This document shows, one piece after another, positions 1 to 9,080 of a DNA stretch of 27,246 nt. The notes beneath the pieces were generated by a model. The model did not search any database. It had not been told where the DNA came from and saw nothing but the letters and a program-made list of their open reading frames with translations. Source of the DNA: a virus (lineage: Duplodnaviria > Caudoviricetes). The position numbers and the translations under genes were made by a program. How positions within the stretch are numbered: the first letter of the stretch is position 1; each line of letters begins with the position of its first letter. The stretch lies in IMG/VR virus record IMGVR_UViG_3300044674_005499, positions 1 to 27,246 of that record. One strand, 5' to 3'.

Positions 1-929
1 TGGCTATAGATTTCTTTAATACATTTGGTAAAACATATTATGATTTTACAGGAAACAACGGCACGGCGCTCGTGACCAACTTTTTAAAGCAGGTTGTTGC
101 AATAAACACAAATGATGTTGTTACATATACAAAGTATCAAATACAAGATAGGGATCGACCAGAGATTGTATCGAATTTATTGTATGGCGATCCAAAATAT
201 CATTGGACTTTCTTTTTATTAAACAACAGTTTAAAAGAAGGGAAAAGTGGTTGGCCAATGAGTATGGCTGAGTTTGGCGAATTCATTGAAACCGAGTATG
301 ATCCTTATATGTTTCTAGGTGGTACACTTATTGAAGACTCCACCACGGATTTTCATTATTCAACTCTGCCGATTTCAGAAACAGATGCTGACTCTGTAGA
401 AATTCTTGTATCAGATGACGAGGAGAATTTTAGTACAACCGACGCCAAGTTTGTTCGCAAAGACTTTACGCGAATGGGAGTAATCTTAACTCGACCGACG
501 TCCAATACTGATGTATTAACACTTGATCTTGGAGGTAACCCTAGTCCCGCGGAGAAGAAGATTTATATAAAACCAAAGAGCGGGGATGCGGGTGACACCT
601 GGCTTGCAGCTGTTGAAGCTGCTGGTTATCCAACACAAACATTCTCTATTGATAGCGTTGATACAAAGGTTGTTCCTCTTAGTTATTTGCCAAGTTATTC
701 TTATTCTAATTTAAAGAATTCAACTTATCAGTTTTTCTCTGAGTCAGATCCTGACCAACCTCTTTCTCATTACGGAGTAATTGAACAACACGATGAACCT
801 CCGACTCAACGTATTACTTGGTACGAATACGAAGAAATTCTGAATAACAGAAAGCGAGATATTATTGTGGTAAAACCTTCGGCAATGGGTCAATTTGAAA
901 ATGCCTACAGCTCTCTGCTTCTTAGCTAA
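1..929 (+). CDS. gp53: Baseplate wedge subunit, T4 gp53-like (5' end clipped by one base)
   Basis: The frame is open upstream of the listed GTG at 72. The window begins 'tg gct ata gat ttc ttt', giving (M)AIDFFNTFGKTYYDF..., so the ATG is probably cut by the window edge. Motifs YQIQDRDRPEIVSNLLYGDPKYHWTFFLLN, GWPMS and YEYEEILNNRKRDI are typical of gp53 (LysM-like N-terminal part). Confidence 0.88.
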   Translation, partial: AIDFFNTFGKTYYDFTGNNGTALVTNFLKQVVAINTNDVVTYTKYQIQDRDRPEIVSNLLYGDPKYHWTFFLLNNSLKEGKSGWPMSMAEFGEFIETEYDPYMFLGGTLIEDSTTDFHYSTLPISETDADSVEILVSDDEENFSTTDAKFVRKDFTRMGVILTRPTSNTDVLTLDLGGNPSPAEKKIYIKPKSGDAGDTWLAAVEAAGYPTQTFSIDSVDTKVVPLSYLPSYSYSNLKNSTYQFFSESDPDQPLSHYGVIEQHDEPPTQRITWYEYEEILNNRKRDIIVVKPSAMGQFENAYSSLLLS

Positions 930-932
930 AAC

Positions 933-2432
933 ATGGATTCAACAATACCAAGTGCGAATTCTTCGCGAAATTTGGACGCGGATGGGAATCCGCTTTATCC
1001 TTCTACTTACGAGTTTAAGGAATTTATAATGATAAACAAAAGCGGTGATGACAGAGATATAAGCCATCTTGTTACTTCTTTGACTATCGCTGAAGAAATT
1101 TTTTCGCCTATACTTACAGCAAGAATTACTATTCGCGATAATGAAAATTTCTTTGAAGATTTTGGATTGGACGGGCAAGAAATTGTAAAAGTTAAAATCA
1201 AATATCTCGATTCGTTTGAAGGGACTGAACAAAACAAAACAATTACATATAAGTATTTGACGTATCAATTTGTTGTAAGAGATTATTTAATTTTTGAAAA
1301 AACAACTGAAAGCATTAACGTTCAGGAATACGAGATTAATTTAGTAAGCCCATGGGCATATCTTTCTCGGCTGCAACAAATATCTAAAAGTATTGTAGGA
1401 GATCCTGTTAACGCCATACAAGGAATCTTTAACGAGTATCTTCCCGGTCCTAGTTTCAATTATCAAAATCCGTGTTACGTCAATAATCTTAAAGCCGTAA
1501 TTACTAAAAGAACGCCGCTACAGGCAGTTGAATATCTAAGGGGTCTATGTTATGACGTAGAAAGTTCTCCGTTCTTCATTTATACCACGTTCCAAAACGT
1601 CCCACTGCAAAACGGAGAGATCATCGCAAGAAGTTGGGCTGATATTATTGGTTCTGGCAATAAAGTATACGGCTCTTATCAATTAAAGCCTTTTGTTGAA
1701 GAAGGAATGGGTACCGTTAAAAATTTACGAGAGCTACGTTCTAAAATTATTTCTTTAAATTCTAATATAAAGTTGGATAAACTTTCCCAAGCGGTTGCGG
1801 GTGGGGTTGGAAGTGTTATAGAAACATTTAGTTTTGAAGATAGACTGTATTCCGAAAAAAAGGAAAAACCTAAAACAATACCGGTCCAAGGATCTTTAGG
1901 AACGGCGAAAGGAGATTTTAATTTTGAATACCTGAAAAAACTTGATGGCTTAAATCGGAAAGGGCGAAAAGTTATTGACGATATTGTTGATGATCCCACT
2001 ACAAGTAGAAGTCTTCGATATCTCCCAGATGATCCTTATGCCGTGTATACAACAGACGTTGAAACCGGAAAACCAATACTACCGAAGAAGGGGGGTTGGG
2101 ATTCTCCGGCTCGTACAAAAGCCATCCACCTTGCTTATGCGAAAAAATATTTTGCTAATATGGAATCTGCAGTTCATGAGATTGGCGTGTATGGAGATCC
2201 TAATCTTTCAGCTGCTAAAAAAATCAAAATTGAAATTCCTAAAGCTGTGGATACGAATAAACGTGTTACGGGAATTGATAACAGTTTATCCGGTGTTTAT
2301 ATTATCAGCACCAGCGTCCATATTTTTGAAAACGGAATTTATTCAAATAAGCTAAAAATTATTAGAGATGGAGGTATGTTGGGCGATACGACATCTTATA
2401 CGGATCCATATGATCCGACAAATACCCCATAA
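933..2432 (+). CDS. Baseplate hub protein (gp27-like / Mu gp44-type fold), 499 aa
   Basis: Lies between gp53 and gp5. N-terminal 'TIAEEIFSPILTARITIRD...GLDGQE', central 'PFFIY' and C-terminal 'VYGDPNLSAAKKIKIEIP...SLSGVYIISTSVHIF...LKIIRDG' match hub proteins of T4-like phages. Confidence 0.75.
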   Translation: MDSTIPSANSSRNLDADGNPLYPSTYEFKEFIMINKSGDDRDISHLVTSLTIAEEIFSPILTARITIRDNENFFEDFGLDGQEIVKVKIKYLDSFEGTEQNKTITYKYLTYQFVVRDYLIFEKTTESINVQEYEINLVSPWAYLSRLQQISKSIVGDPVNAIQGIFNEYLPGPSFNYQNPCYVNNLKAVITKRTPLQAVEYLRGLCYDVESSPFFIYTTFQNVPLQNGEIIARSWADIIGSGNKVYGSYQLKPFVEEGMGTVKNLRELRSKIISLNSNIKLDKLSQAVAGGVGSVIETFSFEDRLYSEKKEKPKTIPVQGSLGTAKGDFNFEYLKKLDGLNRKGRKVIDDIVDDPTTSRSLRYLPDDPYAVYTTDVETGKPILPKKGGWDSPARTKAIHLAYAKKYFANMESAVHEIGVYGDPNLSAAKKIKIEIPKAVDTNKRVTGIDNSLSGVYIISTSVHIFENGIYSNKLKIIRDGGMLGDTTSYTDPYDPTNTP

Positions 2433-2435
2433 ATA
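2428..2435 (+). promoter_or_regulatory. Probable T4-type late promoter variant CATAAATA
   Basis: One mismatch to TATAAATA. It overlaps the hub stop codon and ends 7 nt before the gp5-N ATG at 2443. Confidence 0.55.
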
Positions 2436-2442
2436 AAAGGTA

Positions 2443-4158
2443 ATGAATTTACAAAACTGGTTTATGGGAGTTGTCGAGGATGATGCGGATCCTCTTGAGC
2501 GCGGCCGCGTAAAGGTTCGCTGCTATGGTTACCACACGCCTGACCGCGCGCTTTTACCAACGGAGGATTTACCTTATGTACAAACAATTCATCCTGTTAC
2601 GGCCAGTCCTGCCACCGGGGGAGATGGCACAAGTCCAACCTCTTTGCTAAATGCTATTGTTTTTGGAGTTTTTTACGACGGAGACGATACACAAGACGCG
2701 CTAATTCTTGGTATTTTGCCAGGGGGAAGTGGCGAGTCCCAATATGATCCTAGGACTAACAGCGGATTCGGCGTACCCGTGGAACCGCAACAAAAGGACT
2801 CGTCTTTTCCGCTGGGGCAGCCACCCCTAGCAGGCGATGCCCCTCAGAATAATGCGACAGGCGTTAGAGCTGAGCCGACCGTCGATCGACCGCCCTTCCG
2901 CGCGAATGGGGAGGAGCGATATCCTCCAGTAAATACTTCTCCACCGTCCAATGCAGGGAGCTCGATCGCTGCAGCCGCAAAAGAGTTGTTAAATTCAGAT
3001 ACTGCTCCGATTTTAGTCAGAAACAACCAAGCAAACGCAGCTCGTGACCAGAAGATGGATCCAGAGCTGGCAGCAATAATTAATACCGCAGGCGCAAGAA
3101 CAGGTCTTACCGTAAGTGTTTTCAGCGGTGGTCAAATGTCCGAGGCGGAATATGAATCATATGATGCGAATCGACGAGGAACGACGACGGAGAACGGAAC
3201 AACCTATCAAACACTTGACGGTGAAAAAGTTCGAACAGGAACAACCCGCCATGATATTGACGCCTTTGGTAACGGCAAAGCCGCAGACATATGGCTCTAT
3301 AATAAAGATGGTAAGCGCATAAGGCTTGATCTCGGTGCGAATCATCCTGACACCATTCTTGCAGGAAAATTTGTAGAAGAACTTCGCGCACTTGGAGCAC
3401 AGGGGATAGGAGGCGGCGCTCCGCGGAAGAGTAACGGGAAACAATACATGGGTGGGGTGGGCCTTCATGTGGATCTTTCAGGCAAAGGGACATGGGAGCT
3501 AAATTCTGCTTTTAATTCTTACCTTGCGGAAGGAGACCGACGATTCGCAGCTGGCGAAACCCCCCCAGGAGAAATTTTCTTTGGTACCAAGGAAGTTGCA
3601 ATTAGTCAAATTTCCCAGCTGATAATAGATCAGGGCATATATGAAAACGAAGAAGAAGAGCCAAGGACGCTTGATGGCTCAATTATACAATCCGCGGACG
3701 AATTCCACACATGGGCTACGTCCCGCGGTGTTTCTGGTATTACAGTAAATGAAGGAAGTAATCATAATGTTCAAGAAGGAACCATTTTTATACATAAGTC
3801 AATGTTCGGGGCTACCTGGGCACCTGACCAAAAGGGGCTTATTGTAACAAATTCTACAGAATTTACCAAGTGGAATTCAATTAAGTGGGGTGGGTGGATT
3901 TCTTATAATTTAGGAGCCACTGGTATATCGCCGTTGGGTGGATTAACTAAAGAGGAAAGTGCCAATCCTAATGCTAGAAACGCGGAAGAATCTACAAGTC
4001 CTGGGCCGGAGAGCAGCTTGTTTCCGAAAAATAGCGCTCCCGGAATCGAAATTCCGGACACCGCGAAATTTCCTCTTGGGGATCCTATTAAGTACGAAAA
4101 TTCGAACGTAGACGAATTGGACTATGTTGGCCCGGTTCCTGGCCAGACATTAAATTAG
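2443..4158 (+). CDS. gp5: gp5 N-terminal part: OB-fold hub domain plus a putative M15/Hedgehog-like (LAS) Zn-peptidase domain in place of the T4 lysozyme
   Basis: N-terminus WFMGVVEDDADPLERGRVKVRCYGYH...LPTEDLP...VFGVFYDGDDTQDALILG is the gp5 OB-fold signature. The central VFSGGQ...TTRHD...GKAADI...GIGGG...YMGGVGLHVD resembles the H..D..HxD ligand pattern of M15-like peptidases. This ORF has no beta-helix repeats. Confidence 0.8.
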   Translation: MNLQNWFMGVVEDDADPLERGRVKVRCYGYHTPDRALLPTEDLPYVQTIHPVTASPATGGDGTSPTSLLNAIVFGVFYDGDDTQDALILGILPGGSGESQYDPRTNSGFGVPVEPQQKDSSFPLGQPPLAGDAPQNNATGVRAEPTVDRPPFRANGEERYPPVNTSPPSNAGSSIAAAAKELLNSDTAPILVRNNQANAARDQKMDPELAAIINTAGARTGLTVSVFSGGQMSEAEYESYDANRRGTTTENGTTYQTLDGEKVRTGTTRHDIDAFGNGKAADIWLYNKDGKRIRLDLGANHPDTILAGKFVEELRALGAQGIGGGAPRKSNGKQYMGGVGLHVDLSGKGTWELNSAFNSYLAEGDRRFAAGETPPGEIFFGTKEVAISQISQLIIDQGIYENEEEEPRTLDGSIIQSADEFHTWATSRGVSGITVNEGSNHNVQEGTIFIHKSMFGATWAPDQKGLIVTNSTEFTKWNSIKWGGWISYNLGATGISPLGGLTKEESANPNARNAEESTSPGPESSLFPKNSAPGIEIPDTAKFPLGDPIKYENSNVDELDYVGPVPGQTLN

Positions 4159-4166
4159 TATAGATA
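4159..4166 (+). promoter_or_regulatory. Possible late promoter variant TATAGATA
   Basis: One mismatch to TATAAATA. It sits in the 13-nt gap between the two gp5 halves, 5 nt before ATG 4172. Confidence 0.4.
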
Positions 4167-4171
4167 ATAGT

Positions 4172-5119
4172 ATGAGTTCATCCATAACCCCACCCGAACC
4201 AAATACCGGAGGTGTTAGTTCTTTTAATAAAGTTGAAAGAAGTATCTCCGGCCATCAATTTGAAACTGATGATACAGTTGGAAACGAAAGGATAAAACGA
4301 TCCCACGCAAAAGGAACGTTTGAGGAATGGGACGCAACTGGTGGCCGAACACTGGTTGTTAACGGGGAAAACTTTTCTGCGATTCTAGGAAACGAAAGCA
4401 TTGTGATTAGCGGCGCTTGTAACGTAACGGTTACCGGTGATTGCAATCTTAATGTTGGCGCGCACCTTTTTGCCGAAGCTCAAACAATGTATTTTCAAGC
4501 AAGGCAAAGCATTAACTTTAAAGCAGGTAGTAGTATTAACATGGAATCCGTTGCCGGGGATTTTACCGTAAACAGTGGAGGGGGTTATCGCCTAACTGTT
4601 GAAGGGGAAGCTAATGAGCGATTTAAATCCAAACTTGACACAAACATTGTTGGTGATAATGATTTAACGATTGGCCAAAATTTTAATACACAAGTTGGAA
4701 GCATTGCGACTCAACACGCAGAAGCTGGAACGAATATTACCAGTGGAACCAATACAATGTTGGCTGGAGGCAACAAATTAATTCTTGGGGGTGGAGAAGG
4801 TGAAGGGGTTGATGTTCATAGCGGTGGGATTATTAGTGTTAATAGTAAAAGTTCTACAACCATTACATCTGAGGATTCCCTTTCTGTCAACAGCACAGCT
4901 GGCACAGTTTTTGAATCCGAGAATTTTACAATTGAAAGCGGTCCGGTAACAATTAGGCCTGAAGTTAATACCGAAAGTACCATAACGGCGACCGGAGAGA
5001 TTACCGCAGGCGCAATTCCACTTACTGCTCACGTTCACGGTGGAGTCGAGGCAGGCGGTGCCAATACAGGAACGCCTACAGGAGGTGGAGGAGGCGGCAG
5101 CGGTGACGGCGGAGAATAA
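4172..5119 (+). CDS. gp5: gp5 C-terminal part: triple-stranded beta-helix central spike with a gpV-type HxH apex
   Basis: SGHQFETDDTVGNERIKRSHAKGTFEE is the gp5-C entry motif, followed by VxG-type repeats (ISGACNVTVTGDCNLNVG, IVGDNDLTIG). The C-terminus ITATGEITAGAIPLTAHVHGGVEAGGANTGTP matches the P2 gpV / phi92 gp138 apex motif. Confidence 0.85.
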   Translation: MSSSITPPEPNTGGVSSFNKVERSISGHQFETDDTVGNERIKRSHAKGTFEEWDATGGRTLVVNGENFSAILGNESIVISGACNVTVTGDCNLNVGAHLFAEAQTMYFQARQSINFKAGSSINMESVAGDFTVNSGGGYRLTVEGEANERFKSKLDTNIVGDNDLTIGQNFNTQVGSIATQHAEAGTNITSGTNTMLAGGNKLILGGGEGEGVDVHSGGIISVNSKSSTTITSEDSLSVNSTAGTVFESENFTIESGPVTIRPEVNTESTITATGEITAGAIPLTAHVHGGVEAGGANTGTPTGGGGGGSGDGGE

Positions 5120-5137
5120 TTTTAACTTATTTTAACA

Positions 5138-6643
5138 ATGGCAGATTTTGATGAGATATTAGTAAAAATCGCAACAGGGATTGATACCGCCACAAGCGGG
5201 GAAAACAATCTAGGCAAACTGGGTTTAGGTCAGCTTGAGAAACAGCTTAGTGGCAGTGTAACGAATTCTCTTGATATCCGTAAGGTTGCAAATATACAAA
5301 ACGTTATTCGTAATGCAACAGGCGCAAACCTGAATCTTGGAGGAATTGCAAACATAGCCGACTGTGTTAAAAATCTCGATGACCTTTTAATTGAAAGGGT
5401 CAAGCAAGAGGTGATGGACAAAATTTTAGAAACCGAAACCGCCCAAGAAATTGTTGAAAAGCTTGGTGAGATTTCTGCTATTGCAAAAGAAGCTGGAAAT
5501 CTATTGCGACTGGTTAATGAGCTAAAGGAAAAATCTTTGGCTGAGCTTCTCGTGAATGCAAAAAACGCGGGTCTGCTTGATAAGGTTAAAATTATTAAAG
5601 AAATTAATGACAAGTTTGGCGATGTTGTAGATAACTTAAATGATATTATTGCTAATCTCAACAGCTTTAATATTTGCTCTATGGTAAATTATAAGACCGG
5701 GGTTGCTCTTCCTCCCGCGTCGAAGGTTTCCACTAAAACGCCCATTCCTTTTAAGCCCTTTAAATCTTTATTACGGTTTAATAAACAAGAACGAGAAATT
5801 AATGCTGAGTATAATATTCATACGCATAACGCAGGAAAAATTATCAGTGAAAAAGCCAACCTTGATCCAACTCCTGAAAATCAGGCAATGCTCACATCGC
5901 TTCAGGGGTTTTATTACAGAATGAAAAACGTTATTGTGGGATTATCGGGTGGTTCGTCAGCAAGTGCTAGTAATGAAATTGAAAGAATTATTTCTACCAA
6001 GCGGGATGAATGGCCAGGTCAAACCCTTGATGAATTTAGAAGAAGAGCCTCTTTAGTTACTAACCAAATTACCAGAGACGCGGGCGTTTTAAGGGCACAT
6101 AGAAACATAAACGATCCTTCTCCACAACAAAGAGAACCCGCTACAGGAATTAATATATACGGAACTCCTGATTGGGATTTTAATACGTTTCTTAGTATTA
6201 TTCCTGAGGAACGACCAAAGGATCTTACAGATTACTGGACAGAACGTGGGTTTGAAATAGAAAAAGGCGAACAGCAATTAAAAAAGGCTGGAAGAAAGCC
6301 TGGCATTCTCAAAGCAGATTCTATTGGAGTGGGAACATACGGTAATAAATTGGTTTCTGGCTTTACCGCAGCAAGTACCAAATATCGCGGTGGAGCAATT
6401 TTGGAATTACAAAATTCCGATGGAAGCCTTTTTGATCCAGCGGGGATTAACCCCAATGCAACGGTAGTAGTTGCAGATACTGGAGATCCTAATTTTACAT
6501 TTGACAAGCCTGCAATTTTTGTTGATAAAGAATCGCATCAAGCTTATAAAAATTCCAACTTAGCTGGTGTTCGCGTAGTTGTTTTACAAAAAGGATACGT
6601 AGAAAACTCTGAGTATTTGGCAGCGCAAAATCAAAGAAACTGA
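5138..6643 (+). CDS. Hypothetical virion protein: helical N-terminal region plus C-terminal 3D/double-psi-barrel-like domain
   Basis: Long ORF between gp5-C and gp25. The N-terminal part is amphipathic-helical (Leu/Ile/Lys/Glu/Asn-rich). C-terminal GVGTYGNKLVSGFTAAS...GAILEL...VVVADTG...PAIFV resembles a 3D domain. Confidence 0.6.
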   Translation: MADFDEILVKIATGIDTATSGENNLGKLGLGQLEKQLSGSVTNSLDIRKVANIQNVIRNATGANLNLGGIANIADCVKNLDDLLIERVKQEVMDKILETETAQEIVEKLGEISAIAKEAGNLLRLVNELKEKSLAELLVNAKNAGLLDKVKIIKEINDKFGDVVDNLNDIIANLNSFNICSMVNYKTGVALPPASKVSTKTPIPFKPFKSLLRFNKQEREINAEYNIHTHNAGKIISEKANLDPTPENQAMLTSLQGFYYRMKNVIVGLSGGSSASASNEIERIISTKRDEWPGQTLDEFRRRASLVTNQITRDAGVLRAHRNINDPSPQQREPATGINIYGTPDWDFNTFLSIIPEERPKDLTDYWTERGFEIEKGEQQLKKAGRKPGILKADSIGVGTYGNKLVSGFTAASTKYRGGAILELQNSDGSLFDPAGINPNATVVVADTGDPNFTFDKPAIFVDKESHQAYKNSNLAGVRVVVLQKGYVENSEYLAAQNQRN

Positions 6644-6653
6644 GCAGAAACAT

Positions 6654-6661
6654 TATAAATA
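6654..6661 (+). promoter_or_regulatory. T4-type late promoter TATAAATA
   Basis: Exact gp55 consensus in the intergenic gap, 10 nt before the gp25 ATG at 6672. Confidence 0.85.
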
Positions 6662-6671
6662 GAAACAAGTA

Positions 6672-7103
6672 ATGAACAGTATTCTTTCAGATTTTAATCG
6701 TCCCAATTACCAACCAACTGTGGTATCGGGTGACGTTTTTAAAGATGTAAGTTTCAACTTTATTCACCCTGCAACGGGTGACCTACTTCTTGCAACTGAC
6801 ATTGAAGCTGTTAAGAATAGCATTAAGAATATTATATTAACACCGATTGGTACACGACCATTCTTTCCAGAATTTGGAACTCGCGTAAGCAGGTTATTGT
6901 TTGAACTTGCAAGCCCAATCACAGCATCTCAACTAAAAGACGAGATTGTAGGCGGTATTGAAAAATTCGAAAAAAGAATTGTAACCTTTCAGGTTAGGGT
7001 TGATGACGATCACGAAAGAAACGCATACCGCATCACAATGACCTTTCAAATGTCGTATGGTACCGACGTAGAATTTATTTTTCTTTTAATTAGAAACCGA
7101 TAA
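6672..7103 (+). CDS. gp25: Baseplate wedge / sheath-initiator subunit, gp25-like
   Basis: FKDVSFNFIHPATGDL...AVKNSIKNIILTPIGTRPFFPEFGTRVSRLLFE...IEKFEKRI is the GPW_gp25 family pattern. Directly upstream of gp6. Confidence 0.92.
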   Translation: MNSILSDFNRPNYQPTVVSGDVFKDVSFNFIHPATGDLLLATDIEAVKNSIKNIILTPIGTRPFFPEFGTRVSRLLFELASPITASQLKDEIVGGIEKFEKRIVTFQVRVDDDHERNAYRITMTFQMSYGTDVEFIFLLIRNR

Positions 7104-7107
7104 ACTT

Positions 7108-9057
7108 ATGGCAACTAACGGAGAACAGCTTAATGTTTCTGAATTGGACTTTGCGCAAATCAAAGCAAATCTAATTGACTATTTTAAGAACAGCGAAACG
7201 GAATTTACAGATTGGGATTTTGAAGGTTCCAACCTTAATAATATTGTTGACTTGCTGGCATATAATACTCACTATAACGCAATGCTTGCACATGTGGCGG
7301 TGAACGAAAGTTTCATTGATTCGGCTCAATTAAGAAGCAGCGTTGTTTCAGCGGCCAAACTCCTTGGATATATTCCCCGTAGTTTTTCTGCGGCTCGCGT
7401 TGATTTGGTAGGAACAATTGGGGCCCTTGCAGATTCTGCAAGTACTTATGTTGTTCCTCGTGGCACTCGTCTAACCGCATCTTATAACAACAATAATTAT
7501 TCTTTTGTTGTTCTTGACGATGTTACCACACTCCAAAAAACAACAGACGGTGAATCACATTTCTATACCGTCTCTGAAGACCAGCCTCTGATTGGTTACG
7601 AAGGAAGTCTTGTTACAACAACCTTTGAAGCTAATGCGGTTGATACCGGTCAACGGTACGAACTAGGCGATGAAGATGTTGATATAAGCACACTTCGTGT
7701 TTTGGTTTATCCAACCGGTGCGAAGAGCGAAGGAACCGCAGTGCGCTTTAACCAATTTAGCGACATTGATATTGACTCTGAATCCAAAATTTACTTTATC
7801 AACGAAAACAGTTCTGGCCGTTATGAGCTTACATTTGGTAATGGAATCTATGGGGACAGGCTTGATGCAGGTAATGTAATTGAAGTTCAGTATCTCGTGA
7901 CAAGCGGGACAGAAGGTAACGGAGTAAACACCGCCTTTTCAATTGCTGGAGATACAAGTGGTAACTTCACTCCGGCGGGAACCGCACTTTCTATCAAAGG
8001 GAACGAGCGATCAAGCGGGGGAAGTAATAAAGAAACGGTTGAGCGCTTAAAGAATAATGCGATTAACAGTTTTGCTACTCAGAATCGTGCGGTCACTTCA
8101 GATGATTACAAGAATTTAATTACAAGCAAATTCTCATTTATTCAAAGCGTGAGCGCTTGGGGTGGAGAAGATAACGATCCTCCTACTTATGGTACAGCCT
8201 TTATCTCAGCAAAGCCCAACTCTTCTTATACAGATGATGTTATTACTGATGCGGATAAAGTGGCTATTCTTGATTTTCTTGAATCCAAAAAGATCCTTGC
8301 AATCACACCACAGATCGTGGATCCAGAGTTTGCAAATATTGTACTTGACGTTCTTGTTAAATATGATCCAAGTATTTCTTCGCTAAGCGCATCAGAACTT
8401 CAACTCGCGATTAAAAATAACGTTGCGATTCCATTTGCAGAGACAGACATCAATGGTTTTGATACCATCTTTAGGCACTCCCTGTTTCAAAGAAAGGTTG
8501 ATAACTTCAACCGCTCAGTGATGAATTCACTTGTTCGGGTATTTTTAAGTCAGAAGATTACAGTTCCTGCAAACGGATCAATCTCTGATTTTACGGTTAA
8601 GTTTGGAGCACCTCTTCAACCCGACGATGATTTAACTCTTATAAATGTTATTGGTACGCCTCAGCTTACTCTTGGAGGAGAACAGCTTTATATCAAAGAT
8701 GAGCCAGGCGTGGATCAGTTTACTCGTACTGTTTACACTTGTACGAAACAAAGCGATGGAACAGAGCAAAGGGTTTCACAAATAGGACAAATTAATCTTG
8801 CTACAGGTATCATGCAGCTATCCAATTTGTTCGCGGATAGCACAACTGAACTTTGTTTTATTGCAAATACTCGAAGTAACGATATTGTTGGAAAAAGAAA
8901 TCTTCTATTAAGTATTGACCTTGACAATTCAACATTCTCCGCCTTTCCTGATGAAATTGCTCGAGGTGGTGGTTCTCGTTCGGTTGATTATACAACATTT
9001 AATAAAGATCGAGGCACTTCTTCTCAAAACGGGACATCTAATAGCTCATCCTATTAA
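7108..9057 (+). CDS. gp6: Baseplate wedge subunit gp6
   Basis: Classic gp6 motifs: LNVSELDFAQIKANL, DWDFEGSNL..LLAYNTHYNA, ESFIDSAQLRSSVVSAAKLLGYIPRS, YELTFGNG, QNRAVTSDDY, WGGEDNDPPTYG. Length 649 aa. Confidence 0.95.
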   Translation: MATNGEQLNVSELDFAQIKANLIDYFKNSETEFTDWDFEGSNLNNIVDLLAYNTHYNAMLAHVAVNESFIDSAQLRSSVVSAAKLLGYIPRSFSAARVDLVGTIGALADSASTYVVPRGTRLTASYNNNNYSFVVLDDVTTLQKTTDGESHFYTVSEDQPLIGYEGSLVTTTFEANAVDTGQRYELGDEDVDISTLRVLVYPTGAKSEGTAVRFNQFSDIDIDSESKIYFINENSSGRYELTFGNGIYGDRLDAGNVIEVQYLVTSGTEGNGVNTAFSIAGDTSGNFTPAGTALSIKGNERSSGGSNKETVERLKNNAINSFATQNRAVTSDDYKNLITSKFSFIQSVSAWGGEDNDPPTYGTAFISAKPNSSYTDDVITDADKVAILDFLESKKILAITPQIVDPEFANIVLDVLVKYDPSISSLSASELQLAIKNNVAIPFAETDINGFDTIFRHSLFQRKVDNFNRSVMNSLVRVFLSQKITVPANGSISDFTVKFGAPLQPDDDLTLINVIGTPQLTLGGEQLYIKDEPGVDQFTRTVYTCTKQSDGTEQRVSQIGQINLATGIMQLSNLFADSTTELCFIANTRSNDIVGKRNLLLSIDLDNSTFSAFPDEIARGGGSRSVDYTTFNKDRGTSSQNGTSNSSSY

Positions 9058-9080
9058 AATAAAGATCTCGAATAAGCAGT

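Noticed and set aside
72-74. GTG start for gp53 given in the ORF track
   Set aside because: The frame is open back to position 3 and the window starts with 'tg gct'. The upstream peptide (AIDFFNTFGKTYYDF) looks like a normal gp53 N-terminus, so the real ATG is probably clipped.
4151-4174. Stop-codon recoding or readthrough joining the two gp5 halves
   Set aside because: The TAG is followed by an in-frame TAA, the second ORF is in another frame with its own TAA at 4151-4153, and all other long genes are intact under the standard code. A +1 frameshift in the few remaining bases cannot be strictly excluded, but no slippery site is evident.
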